From the NCBI GenBank assembly GCA_045612185.1, contig JAZKYO010000045.1:18389-82388 (forward strand): 64,000 bases of DNA, written 5' to 3'. The stretch is from Eubacteriales bacterium. GTDB taxonomy: Bacteria > Bacillota > Clostridia > Oscillospirales > CAG-272. The notes under the pieces are model-generated. The model did not search any database and was not told the origin of the DNA. It saw only the letters and a program-made list of their open reading frames with translations. Below, one piece after another: positions 36,210 through 43,712 of this stretch (its first letter is position 1; every line of letters begins with the position of its first letter). The position numbers were made by a program, and so were the translations under genes.

Positions 36210-37634
36210 ATGGAACATTCACTGAATTTCTTTGGAAATGAGTTGGCTGAAAAATTTTCGAAAATCGTCAATACAAGCTTCAACGATATGGAAGGGCTTT
36301 TGCTTGTGCGCAACCGAGAGGATCCGCTTTACGGATATTGCTACCAAGCATTGCCCGGCTTTGGCGGCCGCAATTCCATGTGGTGTCGCGATATGGGAAC
36401 GCTCATTCGCGAGTTGGCGCTTTACGGTCGTCTTGACAGTGCGTGTGCTCTTTCTTCCTGTTTGATTGACCGTGTGGGACTGAATGTGGACGGCTATTAC
36501 ACCTTCCCCCGATTTTTTACTCAGGTCGAGTACGGAAAAAGCGGCGATGAGCTTGACGGCACGGGTGCGATTGTAATCGGGCTGATCCTGCTTTGGGAGC
36601 GTCTTTCGGACGATTGCCCCACGAAAAAGAAAATAAGAGATTTTTTGGAATGCAAAGCCTCCCCCATCCGTTGGATTCTGTCCAAACTCAAAGACAAAAA
36701 ATTGATTGAGGGAACGGGTGAATTTGGCTCGGGATATACCATTGAGTCGCCAAGCTGCAATGCGGTACAGAATAATCTTGTCAGGCTGTCTCTGATCGGC
36801 GGTGCTGATTTCTTCGCCGCTATCGGTGAGAAAGGGCTTTCGGGCGAGTGCCTTAAGGCTTCACGGATCATAGAGGAAAACATTTGCCGCTATCTGATCA
36901 AGGACGGCAAACTTGTCTGGTGCGTTGACCCCGAAACCCTTGAACCCAACCCCGAAATCATAGGAGCGGAGATCAACAGAGGCACGACATTTATTAACGG
37001 TGTCTACGTTATGTCCGCGGATATATTGGGTCTTGGTTTTACCAAAGAGGATGCGCCCCTTTACCGCGCGGGTGAGAATACCTTTGACGATCTGATGGAA
37101 CGTCCCCTGCGCAAGGCGCTTTTTGAAAAATACGGAATGTATCAGCAATTCGACGATTTCTGGAAGGGCTTTACGGGTCCTGCCTACGGACACGGCTACG
37201 CTATGCAGTTTGCCGCATTGACGGGACGTCGCGCTCTTTTGAACCGGTTGCTCGGTTATTTTGTTGACTACACCATCAACCCCGATCCCCTGCCCAACAA
37301 GTTGGTGCGAGAGTCTCCGTACTGGATCTACGAGCGGTATTACGTTCCCGAAGCCTTGGATTTCGGAACGATCCCAGAGGCCTCCTGCGGACCGCTTACC
37401 ATCGTTTGTGTGACCGAGATCCTCAAGGTGGCGCGACTGATTGCGGGCATCGACCACGTAACGGGCGAGATCAAGCCCACACTTCCCGAAGGTTGGAGCG
37501 GCTTTTCTGCCAAGGGATTCCCTATGCTGAAGGACGGTAAGACGGTGATGTGCGACATTGAGTACCGTATTGACGGCGACGGTAAGGTGTCGCTTGAGGT
37601 GAAGCATCAAACGTCTGACGCAACATCACAATAA
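36210..37634 (+). CDS. Hypothetical protein, possibly a helical (alpha/alpha)-barrel glycosidase-like protein
   Basis: 474 aa from ATG 36210 (GGAGGG RBS). I recognise no diagnostic motif. The position between an AraC gene and GH genes suggests a carbohydrate-active role. Confidence 0.35.
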   Translation: MEHSLNFFGNELAEKFSKIVNTSFNDMEGLLLVRNREDPLYGYCYQALPGFGGRNSMWCRDMGTLIRELALYGRLDSACALSSCLIDRVGLNVDGYYTFPRFFTQVEYGKSGDELDGTGAIVIGLILLWERLSDDCPTKKKIRDFLECKASPIRWILSKLKDKKLIEGTGEFGSGYTIESPSCNAVQNNLVRLSLIGGADFFAAIGEKGLSGECLKASRIIEENICRYLIKDGKLVWCVDPETLEPNPEIIGAEINRGTTFINGVYVMSADILGLGFTKEDAPLYRAGENTFDDLMERPLRKALFEKYGMYQQFDDFWKGFTGPAYGHGYAMQFAALTGRRALLNRLLGYFVDYTINPDPLPNKLVRESPYWIYERYYVPEALDFGTIPEASCGPLTIVCVTEILKVARLIAGIDHVTGEIKPTLPEGWSGFSAKGFPMLKDGKTVMCDIEYRIDGDGKVSLEVKHQTSDATSQ

Positions 37635-37645
37635 GAGGTGATTTT

Positions 37646-37933
37646 ATGGAATTCATTTTGGGATGTAACTATTGGGCGTCCAATGCGGGCGCGGATATGT
37701 GGCGTGATTTTGATATCGAGTGCATTGACAAGGATATAAGGATTCTCAGCGAGTACGGCGTGAAGCATATGCGAGTGTTTCCCAACTGGCGGGATTTTCA
37801 ACCGGTAGAGCCGATTCTCGGTGGCAGTGGCGTTTTGCTGGGATACACCGTCAAAGAGCAACCGATTTCGTCAAGTGGTTTTGCTTTTATCATTTACAAA
37901 AGCCTAAAAAATGATATAATGTATGTGAGGTGA
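37646..37933 (+). pseudogene. 5' fragment (first about 74 codons) of a paralog of the clan GH-A gene at 43713
   Basis: MEFILGCNYWASNAGADMWRDFDIECIDKDIRILSEYGVKHMRVFPNWRDFQPVEPILGGSGVLLGYTVKEQPI matches 43713.. at 67 of 74 residues, with many synonymous DNA differences. Similarity ends at about 37866 and the frame runs into promoter-like DNA. Confidence 0.75.
37893..37920 (+). promoter_or_regulatory. Promoter of the GRE-2 operon (duplicated copy of the 36108 promoter region)
   Basis: TTTACA (37893-37898), 16-nt spacer, TGaTATAAT (TATAAT 37915-37920). The segment 37863-37898 is about 90% identical by eye to 36079-36113. Confidence 0.55.
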
Positions 37934-37937
37934 TAAT

Positions 37938-40157
37938 ATGGAATACATCAAGAACTGCGATTACGATTATATTATAAACAAATATCACGACACAAATAAG
38001 CCCTATAACAGCCTTAGCCGTTTTGTCCGCAATGACGAAATATTCGACGAGGACAGCGGAACCGAATACTTTACCCTTAAGGCGCAGGTTATGGAGAACG
38101 ACGAAAAGATAGCTCATCTTTCGCACAACGTTCGCAAGGCAACCGCCTTTGCAAAAATTCTTGAGGGTACAAGAATTTCCTGCGACAGCCGAGACCGATT
38201 TCCTGCCATAAATGCGATTTCACGCCCTCTTTCCGACCTGCAGGGCAAGTGGCGCAAGGAGCTTTTCAACGAAATTCTACCCGAAATCGGCAAGAAAATG
38301 ATTGAACTTGAAAAGGCGGGCACGGTAACTATCTGGCCCGACTTCGACCACGCCGTTCCCGATTGGGTGGTTATTTTAAACCGCGGCTTCAGCGGTATTC
38401 TTGAGGACAGCGAAAAATCCTGCGCTTCTAAGAAGTGGGACGAGGAAAAGGACAGCTTTTTCGAGGGTGTAAAAATAACCTACGAGGCAATAATCGCCTT
38501 TATCGACCGTCTTGCCGACCGTGCCGAAAACACAGATGGCTCGCAAAGAATGGCAAAGGCATTGAGAAACATTGCTCACAATCCCCCCTCTACTTTCTAC
38601 GAGGCACTTCTTACCAACTATCTTTTCTTTATGATTTGCGAGCACGTTGACAATATGCAGGTGCGCTCCCTCGGAAACTTTGACAGAGAGTTTTATCCTT
38701 TCTACAAAAACGACCTGGCAAACGGTATCAGCGAGGAGGAAATACGCACAGACCTTGCATATTTCTTTATGCAGTTCACCGCCATTGACAACTACTGGAA
38801 TCAGCCTGTTTATCTCGGCGGGTGCGACGAAAACGATATTGCAATCACCAACGAGCTTTCCTATCTCTTCCTTGAAGTTTATGACAAGATGGGAATATTC
38901 AATCCCAAAATTCAGCTTAAAATTTCAAAATCCACACCCAAGGAATTTACTCTTAAGGCACTTGACATGGTGCGCAGAGGTCACAGCTCTATTGTTTTTG
39001 TCTGCGACGAGACCATGAGAGCCGCACTTCGCAAGATTGGCGCCAGCGAGGAAGAAGCAAGGCTTTGCGATGTTAAGGGTTGCTATGAATACTCGGTTCG
39101 AGGGGCATACGACGTGGGTATGAACTACCTTAATCTCTTAAAGCCTCTTGAGTATGCGCTTCACTGCGGAAAAGACGGAGTTACCGGTGTTATGGGCGGT
39201 CTTGAGTGCCCCGCACCCGACCAATACAAGAGCTTTGACGAAATCCTTGCGGAATACAAGCGTCAGCTTAAATACATCATCGACGTAACCATTGAGACGG
39301 TAAACACCTTTGAAGATTATCTTGACTACGTAAACCCCGCATTTGTATTTTCGGCAACATTCCCATCCTCATTAAACAGCGGTATGTCGGCCACCTGCGG
39401 AGGTGCGCTTGACAACAACTCTGGGCTTGCAGTCGGCTTTACCGCAGATATAGCCGACTCCCTTGCAATGATAAAGAAGTACGTCTTTGACAAAAAAGAG
39501 ATTACCCTTTCGGAGCTTACCGAAATTCTCGACAAGAACTTCGAGGGTAACGAGCTGTTAAGACGAAAGCTGTTTAACGACCCCGACAAATTCGGAAACA
39601 ACAAAGATCTCCCCGACGGCATCGCCAAGGAGATTGTAGGCTACATCACAAGCCTTGTAAGCCACCGCAAAAACGCCAAAAAGCGCGGCGGCATCTGGGA
39701 CGTGGGCTACCACACGGCAAGAATGTGCTATGTTCAGGGCGAAATCACGGCGGCTTCTCCCAACGGCAGACACCTTGGTGACGAGCTTGCAAAGAATCAC
39801 TCGGCATCTATGGGACAAAACAGAGCGGGCGCAACGGCGGCAATTCTTTCAACCACCAAGCTTGACGCCCCCACGTACAGAGGCGACAGCTCACTTGACC
39901 TTGGGCTTCTTCCCTCCGCTGTAAAGGGAGACGACGGTCTTGAGGCAATGTACGGACTTTTGCGCACCTTTATGGACAAAGACGGGCATGCGCTTCAAAT
40001 AAACGTTCTCAACGCCGACACACTTCGTGACGCTCAAGTACATCCCGAAAAATATCAAGACCTGCAAATCCGCGTTTGCGGCTGGAACGTGCTGTGGAAT
40101 AATATAAACAAGGAAGAACAGGACGGATTTATCAAACAGGCTGAGGGACTTATATGA
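37938..40157 (+). CDS. Glycyl radical enzyme, PFL2/dehydratase-like family (GRE-2)
   Basis: 739 aa. The C-terminal motif is DLQIRVCGWNVLWNNI. The candidate thiyl loop is DVKGCYEYSV (Cys-x-Glu). SPNGRHLG stands at the position of the TPDGR motif. GAGGTG RBS. Confidence 0.8.
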   Translation: MEYIKNCDYDYIINKYHDTNKPYNSLSRFVRNDEIFDEDSGTEYFTLKAQVMENDEKIAHLSHNVRKATAFAKILEGTRISCDSRDRFPAINAISRPLSDLQGKWRKELFNEILPEIGKKMIELEKAGTVTIWPDFDHAVPDWVVILNRGFSGILEDSEKSCASKKWDEEKDSFFEGVKITYEAIIAFIDRLADRAENTDGSQRMAKALRNIAHNPPSTFYEALLTNYLFFMICEHVDNMQVRSLGNFDREFYPFYKNDLANGISEEEIRTDLAYFFMQFTAIDNYWNQPVYLGGCDENDIAITNELSYLFLEVYDKMGIFNPKIQLKISKSTPKEFTLKALDMVRRGHSSIVFVCDETMRAALRKIGASEEEARLCDVKGCYEYSVRGAYDVGMNYLNLLKPLEYALHCGKDGVTGVMGGLECPAPDQYKSFDEILAEYKRQLKYIIDVTIETVNTFEDYLDYVNPAFVFSATFPSSLNSGMSATCGGALDNNSGLAVGFTADIADSLAMIKKYVFDKKEITLSELTEILDKNFEGNELLRRKLFNDPDKFGNNKDLPDGIAKEIVGYITSLVSHRKNAKKRGGIWDVGYHTARMCYVQGEITAASPNGRHLGDELAKNHSASMGQNRAGATAAILSTTKLDAPTYRGDSSLDLGLLPSAVKGDDGLEAMYGLLRTFMDKDGHALQINVLNADTLRDAQVHPEKYQDLQIRVCGWNVLWNNINKEEQDGFIKQAEGLI

Positions 40158-41020
40158 CAAGCTCACCCATTACGGTAATAAGGCAAAACAGATGTGTTAT
40201 CGGCGAGGGACCCGTATGGAATGCGGCTGACGAAAAACTTTATTTCGTCAACGCCAGGGGGCAAAACGAAATATGTACATACGCACCCGAAACAGGGATT
40301 ATTTCGGCGCGTGCTTATGACGAGGGCACATCTGCGATCGCCTTTTCAAAAGACGGCAGAATGCTGGTGTCACGCAGAAGCGGGGCGTTCTACTTGAACG
40401 AGGACGGCTCGACCTCACCGCTTTATGACTGTGAAAAATACGATTTGCGATACTGCAACGACGCCAAAGTGGGACCCGACGGAAGATTTTACGTTGGAAC
40501 GCAAAGCGAAAAACGTGTTAAGGTGTCGGACAAAATAAACGGCAGGCTCTACAGTATTGACAAAGACGGCAACGTGCGCATTTTGCTTGAGGGTCTTATC
40601 CTTTCCAACGGCATGGAGTGGTCAATTGACGAAAAATTCTTTTACCATACCGACAGCGACACGTGGACTGTAAAAGAATACTCCTTTGACAAGCAAAGCG
40701 GAGATATTGAATTTACAGGCAGACAGATAAAAGTTCCCTATGTTGACGGGTTTACAATAAACCAAAACGGTTACTTGCTTGCCGCTTGCTGGGGGTGCGG
40801 TCACATTGCCGTGATAGACACCGCCGACATGAGTATACACGAGCACATTCCGATTCCCGCATCAATCCCCGCAAGCTGCGGATTTTTCGGCGATAACATG
40901 GATATGCTGGCAATAACCACCGCAAGCTACAACGCCGACCTTACAAAAGATGAAAACACAGGTTACCTGTGCACGGCACAAATGAAAACAGGAGGAAGAA
41001 AACCCTACCTTTTCGGTTGA
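40154..41020 (+). CDS. SMP-30/gluconolactonase/LRE family beta-propeller (lactonase-like)
   Basis: 288 aa. RCVIGEGPVWNAADEKLYFVNARGQNEICTY...CNDAKVGPDGRFYVGT...SNGMEWS...YHTDS... ATGA overlap with the GRE-2 stop (40154-40157). Confidence 0.7.
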   Translation: MTSSPITVIRQNRCVIGEGPVWNAADEKLYFVNARGQNEICTYAPETGIISARAYDEGTSAIAFSKDGRMLVSRRSGAFYLNEDGSTSPLYDCEKYDLRYCNDAKVGPDGRFYVGTQSEKRVKVSDKINGRLYSIDKDGNVRILLEGLILSNGMEWSIDEKFFYHTDSDTWTVKEYSFDKQSGDIEFTGRQIKVPYVDGFTINQNGYLLAACWGCGHIAVIDTADMSIHEHIPIPASIPASCGFFGDNMDMLAITTASYNADLTKDENTGYLCTAQMKTGGRKPYLFG

Positions 41021-41026
41021 AAAACA

Positions 41027-41956
41027 ATGATAAATTCAAAAAACAGTTTAAAAACTCTCATGCTCGCCCTTTTGGTAATGGCGCTTTGGGGCTCGCTTTT
41101 CCCCATGATAAAAATAGGATACGCATCATTCAGCATTGCGTCATCAGACATTCCCACAATTATACTTTTTGCGGGAATGAGATTTACATTCAGCGGAATT
41201 ATTCTCATCGCTATTTTCTCTGCCAAATCTAAAAGCTTTGCCGTGCCAAAGCGGTGCGAGATATTGCCGATACTCCTTGGCGCGCTTGTAACAATAATCC
41301 TGCACTACATCTTTACCTATCTTGCACTTTCAATCGGAGAGGGCTCAAAGACCGCAATAGTAAAGCAGATATGCTTTCTTTTCCTCAGCTGCTTTGCCTT
41401 TCTGTTTGACAAGAGCGACAAGTTTACGGTCAATAAAGTTATAGCCGCAATTTTTGGATTTGCGGGAATAATTGCCACGGCATACGACGGAACGGCAATT
41501 GTATTTATGCTTGGCGACATTTTGCTTCTTTTAGCTTCAGCTTGCTCGGCGGCGGGAACTGTAATTTCAAAAAAAGCAACGCAAATTGTAGCACCTATGA
41601 AATTTGTAGCTTACTCCCAGTTCTTTGGCGGTGTATTTCTTCTTGCCATAGGATTGATACTTGGCGGAAGAATAACACACGTTGACGCAAAATCAATCGG
41701 AGTATTTCTCTACATATGCGCGGCATCAATAACGGCATACACGCTTTGGAATATGCTCCTTAAGAGCGAAAGTGTGTCAAAGCTTTCGATAATAAAATTC
41801 ACAGAACCGCTGTTTGCCGTCATATTCTCGGGTATGATCTTGGGCGAGGATATTTTCAAGCTCTCCTACCTCGTTGCCCTCGTTCTGCTGCTTTTGGCGT
41901 TACTCACGGAAAACGGCGTTTGGAAGCCCATTCGAAAAAAGGAGAACAAGAAATGA
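41027..41956 (+). CDS. EamA/DMT family permease
   Basis: 309 aa, about 10 TM segments, two EamA-like halves. Confidence 0.7.
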   Translation: MINSKNSLKTLMLALLVMALWGSLFPMIKIGYASFSIASSDIPTIILFAGMRFTFSGIILIAIFSAKSKSFAVPKRCEILPILLGALVTIILHYIFTYLALSIGEGSKTAIVKQICFLFLSCFAFLFDKSDKFTVNKVIAAIFGFAGIIATAYDGTAIVFMLGDILLLLASACSAAGTVISKKATQIVAPMKFVAYSQFFGGVFLLAIGLILGGRITHVDAKSIGVFLYICAASITAYTLWNMLLKSESVSKLSIIKFTEPLFAVIFSGMILGEDIFKLSYLVALVLLLLALLTENGVWKPIRKKENKK

Positions 41957-42594
41957 AAAAGGTTTTATTGATAGGAGATTCCATTCGTCAAGGCTACGAC
42001 AAATACGTGAAGCAGGTGCTTGCCGATTCCTGCGAGGTGTATTATCCCAAAGAAAATTGTCGATTTGCTCAGTTTGTCCTCCGTCATTTATCCGATTGGA
42101 AGAGGGAACTGAATCTCGGTGACGACGTGGATGCGGTTCACTGGAACACGGGACTTTGGGACACTCTCGTTCAATACGGGGACGGATGTCTAACACCCCC
42201 TGAGGTGTATGAAGCTTTCATCGATAGGATCTGCCGCAGAATCCGCGTGCTTTTTCCAAACGCTAAGGTCATCTTCGCCACCTCTACTCCCGTTGTGGAA
42301 AGCCGCTTCCCCAACCCCGCTGTTTCCCACAGAAAAAACAGAGACATCGAAAAATATAACGAGATCGCCGCGAATATTGCAAAGAAATACGGCTTTTTCG
42401 TCAACGACCTGTACGCCGCCGTCAAAGATGTGCCCGAGGATTATTATTCCGATATGACGCACTTATACACCCCCGAGGGCACCCGCATTCTTACAAGCGC
42501 GGTACTGCGCTCCATTTGCTCTGCCCTTGAGCTTGACACCGTCGAATTTACCATCTCGGATTATCAGGCGATCAAAGACGTTTTGGGTCTTTGA
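41953..42594 (+). CDS. SGNH/GDSL hydrolase (esterase)
   Basis: MKKVLLIGDSIRQGY (block I), HWNTGLWD (block III-like), YSDMTHLY (block V D-x-x-H). The start overlaps the permease stop (ATGA, 41953-41956). Confidence 0.7.
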   Translation: MKKVLLIGDSIRQGYDKYVKQVLADSCEVYYPKENCRFAQFVLRHLSDWKRELNLGDDVDAVHWNTGLWDTLVQYGDGCLTPPEVYEAFIDRICRRIRVLFPNAKVIFATSTPVVESRFPNPAVSHRKNRDIEKYNEIAANIAKKYGFFVNDLYAAVKDVPEDYYSDMTHLYTPEGTRILTSAVLRSICSALELDTVEFTISDYQAIKDVLGL

Positions 42595-42669
42595 GAGCTT
42601 TTGCCAAACCAACCCGGAAGCCTACAAGTTGATTCTTGCAAAACAACCGGCACAAACTGACTTAAAAAA

Positions 42670-42692
42670 AGCAAAAAGGCTCTCTTTTTGCT
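42670..42692 (+). terminator. Weak hairpin terminator/attenuator after the SGNH gene
   Basis: AGCAAAAAG-GCTCT-CTTTTTGCT (9-bp A/T-rich stem) directly abuts the next -35. No separate U-tract. Confidence 0.3.
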
Positions 42693-42720
42693 TGACAAGC
42701 ATTCAATATAAGTGTATAAT
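42692..42720 (+). promoter_or_regulatory. Consensus SigA-type promoter for 42806..45560
   Basis: TTGACA (42692-42697), exactly 17 nt, TATAAT (42715-42720). Confidence 0.6.
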
Positions 42721-42805
42721 AGTTGACACAGTCGGGCACATAGTAACCGCATATATTTTACGATACCCGATACCGATTGGTCAACAATGGTAAGGAGCTT
42801 AAATT

Positions 42806-43690
42806 ATGACTTTTGAAAAATACGGAACCTCGCCCGTTTTCGGAAACGCCGATACAGGCACCGTGTTCGACGGCTACGTCTGGGTGGATGGCGGAAGATA
42901 CAGAATGGACTTCTCCTGGCGCGGAAAAAAGGCGTGCGCCGTAACCTTCAGCGACGACGGGATCCATTGGAGCGAGCCTGTCATCACCCTTGCCAACGAT
43001 CTCGCAACGGGTTGGGAGGACGATCTGAACAGAAACTGCGTACTGAAGGTAGGAGACGTATACAAAATGTGGTACACCGGGCAGGCGCGCGGTTACAGTT
43101 ACATCGGTTATGCGGAGAGCAGTGACGGAATACACTTTGAGCGCCGGTCCACCGAGCCGATCATAATTCCCGAACTGCCCTGGGAGCGTGAGTCTGTAAT
43201 GAACCCCTGCGTTTTATTTGAGAACGGCGTATACCGTATGTGGTATTCTGCGGGCGAAACTTACGAGCCTAACGTAAACGCATACGCTGAGAGCGTCGAC
43301 GGTATCCATTGGATAAAGAGCCGTATAAACCCCATTTTCACAAAAAACAAACATAACGTATACGAGCAGAACCGTGTTGGAGGTTGCCACGTCATTCACA
43401 CGGAGGATATGGGATATCTTATGTTCTATATAGGCTATGAGGACATTAACACGGCTCGCATCTGCGTGGCGAGAAGCAAGGATGGTATTCGGGGCTGGGA
43501 GCGTTCCTCTCTCAATCCCCTTATCGAGCCTACCGCGGGAAGTTGGGACAGTGAAGCGACCTACAAGCCTACGGTGGTGTGGAACGAAAAGGACGGAAAA
43601 TGGATGCTTTGGTATAACGGCAGGACGGAAAACAGAGAATATATGGGCTATGCCTACCGAAACGGTAGAGATCTTTTTCCCGAAACGTAG
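42806..43690 (+). CDS. Five-bladed beta-propeller glycosidase-like protein (GH43/GH117/GH130/GH32 superfamily)
   Basis: 294 aa with five repeats of the pattern [YF]-x-[MF]-W-Y ... S-x-DG-I-x-[WF] (FSDDGIHWSEP, AESSDGIHFER, AESVDGIHWIK, RSKDGIRGWER, KWMLWYNG). No signal peptide. Confidence 0.5.
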   Translation: MTFEKYGTSPVFGNADTGTVFDGYVWVDGGRYRMDFSWRGKKACAVTFSDDGIHWSEPVITLANDLATGWEDDLNRNCVLKVGDVYKMWYTGQARGYSYIGYAESSDGIHFERRSTEPIIIPELPWERESVMNPCVLFENGVYRMWYSAGETYEPNVNAYAESVDGIHWIKSRINPIFTKNKHNVYEQNRVGGCHVIHTEDMGYLMFYIGYEDINTARICVARSKDGIRGWERSSLNPLIEPTAGSWDSEATYKPTVVWNEKDGKWMLWYNGRTENREYMGYAYRNGRDLFPET

Positions 43691-43712
43691 GTTTAAAAAG
43701 AAAGGAACAGAC

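Noticed and set aside
36861-37610. 249-aa antisense ORF inside 36210..37634, and similar long antisense ORFs (10651..11193, 18507..19061, 31336..31950, 47578..48237, 50245..50769, 62933..63451)
   Set aside because: All are nested antisense to genes with strong motif or RBS support. They lack RBSs and have atypical composition. 62933..63451 is antisense to the clear GH28 reading frame.
13657-42594. Search for a glycyl-radical activating enzyme (radical SAM, CX3CX2C) next to either GRE
   Set aside because: No ORF of 60 aa or more flanking either GRE, or anywhere in the window by my reading, carries a CX3CX2C cluster motif. I call no activase, and I report the absence as an observation, not as a feature.
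43437-43712. N-terminal 92-aa extension of the GH-A gene given by the ORF track (start 43437)
   Set aside because: The extension overlaps the 3' end of the beta-propeller gene in another frame. The paralog fragment at 37646 starts at the same MEFILGC methionine, which is preceded by an A/G-rich RBS region.
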